A stretch of 64,000 nucleotides of DNA from Lepidodermella squamata (lineage: Eukaryota; Animalia; Gastrotricha), in contig JBLDXI010000009.1 in the NCBI GenBank assembly GCA_047495785.1, positions 1,240,001 to 1,304,000 on the forward strand, in the 5' to 3' direction. The position numbers and the translations under genes are program-made. Below the pieces are notes generated by a model. That model saw nothing but the letters and a program-made list of their open reading frames with translations. It was not told the origin of the DNA and did no database searches. Positions 25,949-36,575 of this stretch are shown here, piece by piece (within the stretch, counting starts at the first letter, position 1; each line of letters opens with the position of its first letter).

Positions 25949-26481
25949 TTTTGAACTTCATATTCCCAAGTTTGAAACACCGTATACGAAATCTGACTGT
26001 GCCCATTTAATTTGTGAATATTTATTGATAATCGCGTCATTTTCCATAGTCTTAAATGTTCTCATTTTTCTCGAAAATAAAGATTTTCTACCCAATTTTA
26101 TTTGATCATTTCGTAACCATACAATTTTCAAGAAATTTGGAACAGTGGCAGGAACGGCTGGGGAGGAGAGCGTCAATGATTGATTTATTTCCAATCGTCT
26201 AATGAGTACTTGGGCCCCGAAACACGCGCTGCGTTAAGAGATGACAAAAATAGAAAACTCCAGCGTGACGTTGACTAGAATTCATTCACGTCATCGTTAC
26301 TCGGGTCGCTGATTCCGGACGTAAACAGGGTGTTTAATGGCGATGTAATGATCCTCAGCCGCAGTCACTTGAAAATCACGCACGCATCAGGCGGTTTGAT
26401 TGCTATCGATGCTGTAGATGTGATCGAAACGCTAGCAATACCTAATTCACTGGTGAAAAACAATTTTCATGTCAAAATAAA

Positions 26482-28435
26482 ATGGCGTATAACGAAAGCC
26501 ATTGCTACACAGTTGGAGCTGTGCTGAACTCAAGTTTTACCGAGTTGGCACGCAATGAATCCTCTCCGCCGCTGGAGGCTTTCGAAGATAAAGAATTTCT
26601 ACTCAACTACGCCTTTCGAAGCTTCATCGCTCTGTTTTCCTTGGTGCGAAGAATCGGCCCAGAAGTCGCCTGCTTCAGGAAATCGGCCTACAACGATTCA
26701 ATTAGTAGCTATTCGCTGTCGTCTTCCGTTGCAAGGATTTGGCGAAACACGATCGAGTACGACGTTCCAATGGAGAGCTGTTTCGAGAATGCGTACAAGA
26801 TCGCTGAATGCCTGTGTAACATGTCCTCCGTTTTCGCTTGCAAATACACCGACGAAATATGTACCTGCCCATATAACTACGGACCTTCTCCTGCGGTTCT
26901 CTGGAAAGTGACTAAACCATTCGGTCAAAATGTAATCAATTCTGTGGCCACAGCTTTCTATTTCGCCGCAATTCCCATCGCAATTCTAAGTTTGCTTTTT
27001 CCTGTCTAAATCTGATTGAAAATTTCGAATTTGATATTATTTTCACAGCGAATGTATTCGCCATCGCGATTTGGGTTAAAAATTCGCAACTGAGATCGGT
27101 TACTAATTTATTCATTTTTAACCTTATTATTTCGGGCCTAGCAACTACTTTCTTACGCATGCCATTGGACTTGTTGCTGCTCCTTGTTTGGCCTTTCCCA
27201 TGGATCATTCAACACCCAGTGTGGCTCGGTGACGTCACGTGCCGAATTTACAAAGCCTTACGTGAGATGAGCATGGTCGGCACAGTGTATACTTTGGCTG
27301 TGATCGGTTACGAGCGTTATCAGGCGATTTGCAACCCGCTGGAAAGCCAAAGACAGCTATCGCGACGGCGCGCTTACAAACTGATCGCATTCATTTGGAT
27401 CCTAGCATTTGTAATATCGATTCCCGCCATCTATATGCATGTCAGTCCATTAAACGATTTATAAGCTGATTTTTCATTGATTTTATTGAAAGGGTGTGAT
27501 GCTAGGCCCTGAATACTTTGGCTACCTTTACGTATGCGATCTTCAATTCGCGGGTTGGACCTGGGAAGATACTGGAAAGGACCCGCAGACGTATGTGTAT
27601 GCCATGAACAGCTACCAGTTCGCCACATCGATCTCACAATTCTTTGTCCCGATTACAATCCTATCAATTGTTTACGGGAAAGTCCTTGTTACGCTGCGAC
27701 GAAGAATCAAATCCGGCGACTTGCATGTCACCTACTGCAAAAATTGTTCGACTAAGATTTCCCGCCTTAAATCGAACAACTCCGTGGCTTCAGAGTAAAT
27801 TTGACAATATTTATCTATATATTTTATAACAAATTTTCCTTAGAGTATCACACGCCCATTCGCATCCGAAACGTCGCGATAACGATACGACGATTAAGAG
27901 AACTCGCCGTGCTACGCTGATGTGCTGCTTCTGCTTGGGCGCCTTCATTGTAATGTGGCTGCCACTCGAATTTATCCTGCTAATCAACAGTATTTCTTCT
28001 TTGTGGCCAGACCGCACTCGGTGGCTCGAACCATTGTTGCTACACACGAAAAACCCGTCGATGATTTCACTATTCGATGGCTTAGCTTCATTCTTCACCG
28101 TCGCGAATGCCGTAATTTACTGCGGTACCAACGTCGAGTGGGTTCGAACGGCGAAACGTCTCCTGCGAATGAAGACTGACGGCGATGATTCATCGACTAA
28201 CGTTCAAACTGTCTCGTTCAAGCGCAAGAATGTTTCTGATTCTGACGACGCGAATAACTCGAAATCTACGAGTGATAGCTCGAATGTTGTTGAAGAGGTT
28301 GTCAGTATAAAACCGGCTTTTGTTGAGATACCCAGTCGGAAAACGGCTGATTACTTCAACGATGACTTGTTGGAGCAGTCGCTTAACCGCTACGACACAT
28401 TGCTTTCAACTGATTCATTCAAGAAACTAGAATAA
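26482..28435 (+). CDS. Orphan class A (rhodopsin-like, peptide-receptor-related) GPCR with ~150-aa Cys-rich N-terminus (GPCR1); exons 26482-26989, 27049-27440, 27493-27794, 27844-28435
   Basis: Seven hydrophobic segments after splicing; LRSVTNLFILNL (ICL1/TM2), TM3 Cys, IGYERYQAICNPL, FFVP...VY (TM5), MWLP (TM6), NAVIY (TM7). Confidence 0.85.
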
Positions 28436-28447
28436 ATTGAAAAATTA

Positions 28448-29197
28448 CCGTAACGCTGGGTAATTTTGGACAGGCTAAATTTGGACACTACACTTTATCA
28501 GCTAAATTGTGCTCGATCAGGAAGGTGAATAAAAATTTCGGTAAAAATCCTCAGATTCCTTGAGAGTTGGGCTTTCCAACGGTACCAAATACGAGGTATA
28601 ATGGAAGTTACCTGTCTTCTACAAAAATTGAAAAGGTAGGATGTCTCTAAACGTCGATTTGGGACCCCCCTAATTCCCAGTCAATCCGAATATATCTCGA
28701 CTTGAAATTTTTACCAGTGGCAACTGACACCATGAACTCTCGACTGGCAAAAAAATAATTGACCTTTGTCGACGGGAATTCGGTACAGGTGACCTCAAAG
28801 TTTAGGCCACACGTGGGGCAATTTTGGACATGATAAATGCGTTGAGAGAAAAATAGCGGGAAAAAAATTCGAATCGAGTTTGGATGACGTCATCAGTTTC
28901 TTGGCACCATGTGCGCATTTTTTTCGGAATTTCAAGAAAAGTGTCAAGTTCTGCACGCATTCCGACAATTATGAATATGCTAATGAAGTGTCCAAATTTA
29001 CCCCATAAGTGTCCAAATTTAGCCTAACCACGCACAATTTTTATAAAATCAAGGTAAAATGAGAAAATTACCAAATTTTGCCCAGAGATCGGAAGTGGTC
29101 CCCCCCTCATGCTATGAAATTTTCACATTTGTATAATTTTTTCCTGATTTTCAAGAGCTGAAAACCATGTTTTTGTCCAAAATAACCCCCATTACGG
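28448..29197. mobile_element. Non-autonomous Tc1/mariner-superfamily (pogo/Tc2-like) element, ~750 bp
   Basis: TA|ccgtaacgctgggtaattttggaca ... tgtccaaaataacccccattacgg|TA: imperfect ~24-bp TIRs with TA on both sides; internal aa(t)tttggaca / tgtccaaatt subrepeats; no ORF. Confidence 0.8.
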
Positions 29198-29426
29198 TAA
29201 GGTCTGCCAACCAAAAACGTTCAAGTTTAAATAATGCTGATGATAATTATTGAATAAATGTCCGAAACGAATGCGCATGTCCGAAATTTAATCTAAAAGG
29301 TCACGCTTCTCGCTTTTGTCCTAATCAGCGCTGCGTTTTTAATCGGTCTCAGGCCTAAACGTGCGTGTCCTGATACAACAGCCAGATCATGGCTGAGTGG
29401 CCATGTTTGGCGCCAAAACCGCGAGT

Positions 29427-29460
29427 TATAAACGCCCCGTCGTCGACGAAATATTCATCA
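29427..29460 (+). promoter_or_regulatory. TATA box plus initiator-like site for the hevein-expansin gene
   Basis: TATAAA at 29427-29432, TCA at 29455-29457 (28 nt after the TATA start), ATG at 29517; AATAAA at 30321 after the stop. Confidence 0.5.
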
Positions 29461-29516
29461 CATCGACTTGCATCGCTCTCTTTTCTAACTCAGCTTTCAG
29501 CCGCCGATAACTCAAC

Positions 29517-30251
29517 ATGTCTCGCTCGATATTTGTTCTGCTCGCCATTACCGCTGCCGTTTGCGCTCTCGATGCCGGCTACACGACGAAGCCGCCTGGT
29601 TCGTGCAAAACCGACGAAGACTGTACCTCGAGAAAGGCAGGAGTGTGCTGCTCGAAATGGGGCTTCTGCGGCGATAGCTTCTCGTATTGCAAGGGGGACA
29701 AATCCACCGCCCTGCCTACCAAGCAGCCCTCAACCAAGGCAGCTGCTTCAACAACGAAAGCCGCCACGACTTCAACCACGACAACCACGACAGCCACCTC
29801 AACTACCACTACGCAGCTTTCCAGCACCACCACTTCCACCACTGGGTACGTAATGTGTATTTCCAATTGATTTATCTTACTGGATCTTCATTTTAGGGAA
29901 GGCGACAGCGCTATTCCGATGAATCAGGTTTTCGCTACCAACTTCACCTACTACACGGCTAACGGCTACAGCGCCTGCGGTCCGATGGTCAACGCTTCGG
30001 CCGAGCTTGTTGCCGCCGTCAGCTCGCAGTGGTTCACCCAGCAAAACCCGAATCTCGACGCTGTTTGCCACGGCATCTGCGTTACCGTTACCTACCAGAA
30101 CGCATCGCTCACGCTGCCGATCAAGGAGAAGTGCGGTTCGTGCTCCAAGTTCAACCTGCAACTGTCGGAGCCAGCTTTCATTCAGATCGCTAGCGGCAGC
30201 CACGACATCGGCCACGTCAGCGACGCCGAGTTCAGCTTTGTTGCTTGCTAA
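29517..30251 (+). CDS. Secreted protein: signal peptide + hevein/CBM18 chitin-binding domain + Thr-rich linker + expansin-like/RlpA double-psi beta-barrel domain; exons 29517-29845, 29897-30251
   Basis: CKTDEDCTSRKAGVCCSKWGFCGDSFSYC (hevein core CCSxxGxCGxxxxYC); FTYY...GYSACG...LVAAVS..WF..NPNLDAVC..CVTVTY...KEKCGSC...LQLSEPAF (DPBB/expansin-like pattern); 51-nt phase-2 GT-AG intron joins the two ORFs in frame. Confidence 0.88.
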
Positions 30252-30449
30252 AAACTTATGAAATTTTCGAACTTCATTTTCCCCTCTTGATTACGTCTAA
30301 TACGGCGATTGTCATAGGCCAATAAAACTTAACATTGTTTCATCAGCGCTTCATTGTTGAAAGGTTACTCACTCATCTGCTTATAAGGCGAGAAAATTCG
30401 GGTTAAATCAACAAATCTTACTCATTACTAGTAAATAAAAAGTATAGAT

Positions 30450-30969
30450 ATGAGCTGTTTGCTTCGATTCGCTGTTTTTGCCTTGATTTTTGCGGCTTGC
30501 TCAGCCGCGGTTTGGCGTGATTGCGGCACTAACTACGGCAAAGTTGTTTCAGTCCACCTGCCAAGCTGTGGTAATCGTACTCGGTGCCGGTTGACCCGTA
30601 ATGAAACTGAGACGATCGAGGTCAAATTTATTCCAGGTAATTACGCATTTCGCTCAAATGTTCTGGTCTTATGCTTATTTTTTTGCAGGTGCTCAAGTTG
30701 CCAAAGTTCACACTATTGTCGTAGGCATTCTTGGAAACGTTCCCACCCCGTTTCCGCTACCTGACGCCAACGCGTGTAGCGACCCGGAAGTGCTGAAATG
30801 TCCGGTTGAGGGTGGCAAGGTGACAACGTATCGAAACAGCTTCTACGTCTCACCTGCATATCCGAAGCTTTCTCTCACCGTTAAATGGATGCTGGTCGAC
30901 TCTGAAAACTGGAACCGCCGCCTCGTATGCGTTATGACACCCATTCGTATCGGCGACAAAACTGACTAA
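30450..30969 (+). CDS. NPC2: NPC2 / ML-domain sterol- and lipid-binding protein; exons 30450-30636, 30689-30969
   Basis: Signal peptide, WRDCG, six Cys in ML-domain spacing, GNVPTPFPLPDANAC, CPV, YP.L.LTVKWML...VC. Confidence 0.88.
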
Positions 30970-31133
30970 AGACTTACAAGCTATTTATTTCTTCAACTAA
31001 TAAAATTGAAAAAATTTCGCGGATTAATAAAGCTTAACATTGAGGTAGAAAAGGTTAATCACGGGTTGTTGGGGAATTATCATAGCAGAAGCTGATAGAT
31101 TTTCGCTAAAATTGGAAATTCTAACAAGACACT

Positions 31134-34100
31134 TTAAGGATGCTCCTGTTCAGTTGCACGAGTGCCGTGTGTCCTGGTGGAAAATAAAGATGATTCAACC
31201 TGTTCGACAGAATGAATTATTTACCTGGATAGTTTTGTGCCTTCATGCAGTCTGCCGCTTTGAATCATTTCACCTAGACCGGGCTGCTGAGAAAACGCGT
31301 AACTAGAGCCGTGTCGAGTACTACGACGCATCGGGAATCCGTGGCGATTTTTCTCCGAGACTTGTTTGTAATCACTCGGCTGTTTTTGCTCCACTCGCTG
31401 CCGGGATTTAACACGATCCGTCAAAGATACTGCGAACAGCTGGCGAACAGATCGAGTCACAACAACCGGGAACAAGCAGATGAAGATGATTAAAACGCCG
31501 CATAGCCAAAAGTTAGGTGCTGCCCATACCGGGTAATCGATACCGTAGAAATCGAACTGGAAATTAATCGCAGCGAGAATCTCAGCGAACGCGATTTGAA
31601 CGACGAAAATTGACACGAAGCTGATGACGAAAACGCCGATAAATGACCCCATTGTCAGGTGCGACATCTCGAACAGGCAGCGAAGCGTGACAACAATTAC
31701 CATCGTTGTACCTAGGGCGACGCTAAATCCGGAATGACTCGTCAAGATCGGCGAACCTTGCGGCGTATTATAATCAGCAAAACCGTACCGAATGATGAAA
31801 AATGTGACGACCGAGTCGAAAATTCCCTCACAACACGCGAGGAGAAACAGCGGTAGATTGAATAAGGCATTTCTAAGACCGGGTTGGTAAAGCTGGGGGT
31901 AGGATTGCGAGTAGTAAGAATTGACGTCTTGTTCGAACCAGCCGTAGCAGACAATCGGCGCCGCTGTGTAGAGAATGTTGTAGCACATGATGAGCCATCC
32001 GTCGTAGACCGAAAACGCCGACCAGCCGGAGTAGATACCGAACCAGAAGTGGCACATTGTGAAGGCGAAATTTTTGTAGAAGAAATAGCGCAGAAAAATT
32101 GCGATTCTTAGATACGCCCATCGACCGTGGACGAGCAGCAGTTTTTGAAGGTATCGGAACTGGGCGAAGGAAAAATCGCTGGCTAGCACGGCTTGCATGC
32201 CTTCTTGACCGGAAATGCCAACTCCGATGTGAGCAGTCTTGATCATATTTCTAAAAAAAATAGCGGAAAGTTAAAGCGTGTCCCATAAGTTCCGCAATCC
32301 TGTTGTAATTTTGCAATTTTTTGAAATTGAGCCCACCGAGAGAATCTTCCATCCTTTATCCAAGATTTGACCGAAGAAGCTAATAATTCACCGCAGAAAA
32401 CCCTGAAAACCCCGATAGCAACTGGTTCGGTAATTTTCGGTTTTTACCTGGTTGGATCCAATTTCTTCGGATGTTTTGCATGATTATGCTACGATAGATT
32501 ATGCTACGATATTTCTGGTCAAGAGATATGACTACGCTTCTCATTTTAGTTTCTGATCCCTTATCATTTAGTATTTTCTTTGTTTTGTGTTACTTTTATG
32601 GGACAAGCTGTATTTTAATGCTCTCATTTCCAGCTGATTTCAGCTTTCAGCATTCATCAGGAGATTTTTCAAAGAAAAAGTGCTTACACGTCATTTGCTC
32701 CGTCTCCAATAGCTAGGGTAACTGTTTGCTTCGATCGCCTAACTAGGCCAACAACAAGTGCTTTTTGCAGCGGAGTCACTCGGCAGCAAATCACCGTTTT
32801 ACAAGCACAGGCAGCTTCCAGCAGCTTCACCTCGATTTCTGAACCGGTTTTCAGAGCATGAAACAAACTCGCCCCAGTTATGATAAAAGCAAAACCACCA
32901 GGATGATCAGCTAGGGCTTTTTGTTTCTCCAGAACAGCCGTTATTTGTTGCTTAACCTCATCCTCAGTCTCAGCATCGACGATAAATTCTTCCATTGTAT
33001 CATCGAGCATCGAACACGAGTAACCGATATTAATAGCAGTTTCCTGCTTGTCCCCAGTCAAAACCCAGATTTTGATGCCAGCTTTTGCCAGATTGAAAAT
33101 TGTCTCAGGAACGCCGACTTGCAGCTTATCCTCAACGGCCGTCGCGCCGATTAGGCGTAGTTTTTGCTCGATTTCTTCATAACACTGGCTTAGCAAGTCT
33201 TCTCGATTTTCCAATGAAGTACTAGCCGCGTGGTATTTTGCAGACCATTCCGCCCACAGCTCATCGCTGATATCCCGAACCGCACACACCAGGGTGCGCA
33301 ATCCTGTCCCAGCAAATTCGCTCAGATGCACCTTCGTTCGTTCGACGATCGCCTTCTGAGCCGTGTGATCGTGATCAAGCAACGCTAGAACCAGCGTATC
33401 AGCCCCTTTGCAGAGCAGCCGTACCTGCCCGGAGCTTCGGTCTCGAACAATTACAGACATCCTTTTTCGGATGTTGTCGAAATCTAGGACACACAGAAGG
33501 TCAAAGGTCACATCGACCCCTAACGAGTTGATTGTAATCGAATTTGGCGTGCGGCTCTTGTAGACAAATCCGAAATTTCTCGCCGCGGAAACCAGAGCCG
33601 CCTCATCTGGTGACTGAGCCTTGTAAGCTAAAACTCCATCGGGCGTATCTGTATCCGCGATAACCGTGTGGCAAAGCGCGAGAAGGGTGAAAAAATCGCG
33701 AGCCTCTTCGGAACCACGCGTTATTTCCTCAACTAGACTCCAGTCGTAGAATTTAAAACCCGGTTCGAAATACGCTGCGTTATGTCGTGAAAAATCGACC
33801 AATTTCGCTGTCGCGTTCGGTAACAAAGCGTTCGCCGACCTTTCCGGTCTCGCATCGCCGAACATGTGGCCGTTTATCGAGCATTTGTTGAAAGTCATGA
33901 TGTTCTGAGTCAAAGTCCCAGTTTTATCCGTGAAAATATACTCGATCTGGCCAAGCTCTTCATTTAGGCTGGTTGTCCTGGCGCAGGCTGGCGTATCTAA
34001 TTCTTCGTAGTACATATCCAGATCGTGGTTGATGAACGATCGGCTCAGCACGACTCGGATGATTTCGATTGAAATGTAAAGCGATATTGGAATCACGGTC

Positions 34101-35254
34101 TGGACCAAAATCAAGAACGAAAAAACGTTCAGCACAGCGATAATGGCTGGTTGTTCCCGGACAAATGGGAACCAGAACGAGTACAACGACTTGAACTTGC
34201 GGCCGACTGTATTTTCGAAAAAGAAGCAATTGATCGCGGCGATTACCAAAATAACGAAAAGGTAGCCGAAAATGCATAAAATCAGTCGATTCGTCAGCCG
34301 GTCCAGCCTTGTTTTCTTCAGCTTTGTTTTGCCTGAATTTTGCATCAATTTCGTATCTTTTCCGGCAAAAATGATTATTCCGTGCGCCCACGTGGTGTTT
34401 CGAAGGGTGCAACCTCTTAGTAGGATGTTTTCGTTGTTCAGCGAATAGGTTTCCCCGCGCCATGATAAGCGACCCTCAAATCTGTTAAGATTGTTGTTAG
34501 GTGGCTCACATTCGATGGTTCCATCAAACGTCGCAAGCTCAGCATCGCAATCACCCATAGCCTGGGTTGCTCCCAAAGCTTGCCGTACCTTGATATTAAA
34601 ATTAGAGATTAATTAGCGTAAACAAATTGATTTTACCTTTAAATTTGTCTCGCCATCTAGTTCAAGGGTTTCCACGAAACAAAGCCCGTTGTCGTCGCTT
34701 GTAGAAAGCAGCAGCATGTCCGCCGGAACCGGGTCGTTATTCTTCACCAAAACGATTTGGCCGACTTGCAGCTGCTTCCAAGCCGAACGAACTTCACAAG
34801 TCGCCCCAGGTAGCAAGACGAATGCATCACGATTGTTGATTTTACGATCAGATCGATGCCGGTTTATATCATCGACCAAATCTTTAAATGCCGTTAGCCC
34901 CAAAACAATCGCCAGTGGAATGACAGTGACAACGGAATTCATGCTGGAGACCATAGGAATCGACTGAAGTATGACAAGAATCAGGAAATAAATATTAGCG
35001 AAACGGTGGAATTGTTCGAATAAATTTAGCGGTAAAAATGTGATGATGTTGTACTTGTACGTCTTGATTGCATTTTTGCAATATTTATGCTCAGCATTCA
35101 GCCTTTCATCGGCGCCATGAACAACACGCCGAGTTTCGGCCGGTCGCCGGCGCAGGATAACGTCGATGAAGGATCTTTTCGGCTTGTTATTATTGGGAGC
35201 AGCCGCCTGCTTCGGAAGTTCTTCCATTTCGATTGGCTGACTCGAGGCTGCCAT
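31134..35254 (-). CDS. P4-ATPase phospholipid flippase, ATP8B-like (copy 1); exons 35254-34637, 34588-32688, 32250-31225 and probable last exon 31173-31134 (unspliced stop would be at 31221)
   Basis: [46 protein letters not shown]|NMIK, YFFYKN, C-terminal YAFSQQPG. Last exon inferred from AG|gtaa and a 51-nt intron. Confidence 0.9.
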
Positions 35255-36575
35255 TTGACCGAAAATCGCTTGTCACAATATTATGGGAAATAGAATGTCA
35301 TTGATGCACATATATGCAGTCGAGTTTTTTACTACAGCTAATTTAGGCCACCCTGACAAAAGAATCCTCCGCACTGAATCATCATCACTGCTAGATACAT
35401 TTTCCGCAGCCATAACTTTATGGGGCTATATATTTGTTAATTTCAACTCTTTTTACCTCTGGCATGGTTGAGAAATTTCTTATATCAGCTGCGATCGAAC
35501 TCCGATTCAATGACCTGTGAATGATTCATCTCGATCGATGATTAGCCTCCTTAAAAATCTCAAACAAGCGAGAGGTCCGTTTTCATTTGACTGCTTGGTT
35601 GTTTGCTCTACGCATTAGGTGTACCTCTATTGGCATCTCATGGTCTGTCAAGTAAGTCCTGTATGAGGCAATAGGAATACTTGCGATTCTTCGGTCATGG
35701 TGCTGTGAAGCCGTCTTTCTAGGTACAGGTGAAAAATATTCGGTACAATAACGCCAGGCACGAACACAAGCTTCGGTTTTCTTTATTTTTGCGTGAAATC
35801 ATGCCGCATTTTTTTTTATCAGAAATAACAACGATATGCGCCTCTCATCATCATCAAATAAACTAAAATTTGTATCCAACAAAATTGAAAGAAGTTTGAG
35901 AAATTTTTAAAAGTAAAATAGCAGGTATTTACAGTTCACGACACGCGTAAAGAGCCCAACCGTAGAATAGAGAAGAGAGATATCGAAGAAGATCGAAGTA
36001 GCGAGCGTAGATGAAGTATACGGTCAGAATAATGAATCACAACTGTCGAACAGCTTTTAATCATGGTCATCATGCCGAAGAAATTAACGATATGATTGCT
36101 CAATAAATAGTTTCAATTTCTATTTTCAATCGCGTAGTAAAAGCCAAAAGCCATTTTCAGAACTTTGCTTATATACCGCAGTCTGTATCTCAAATACAAC
36201 GAAGTTACTATATGAACTTATTAAATACCGCACAATATAAAGTGAATACGTAGTAGTGTCTTTGACTTGATGAAATCGGGTTTAATCATACATCTTTACA
36301 TTATTTAGAAAAGCACCGGCTACTCAAGTGAATAATGATCCAGACTTCAAATTTATATCATTACGGAGTTTTATCGGGTTGAGAAAATTCGGTTTTATCT
36401 TCATAATATATATTATAAAAGCAGTGAAGAAGAAGAAGTTGAATGGAATTCTTTTTTTTATACAGTTCGCAATCCATCACCGGTGCATCATGAGAAGTTA
36501 TCTGATTTCAAATAGGAATACGTTAGCTTTTCAAAAATAAAAATATGCAAAAAATCGAGCGAACAAAGGCTTGCT

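Noticed and set aside
29389-29853. 154-aa Pro/Gln-rich ORF overlapping the hevein exon
   Set aside because: Alternative frame of the Thr-rich linker; it starts upstream of the likely TATA box and has no domain signal.
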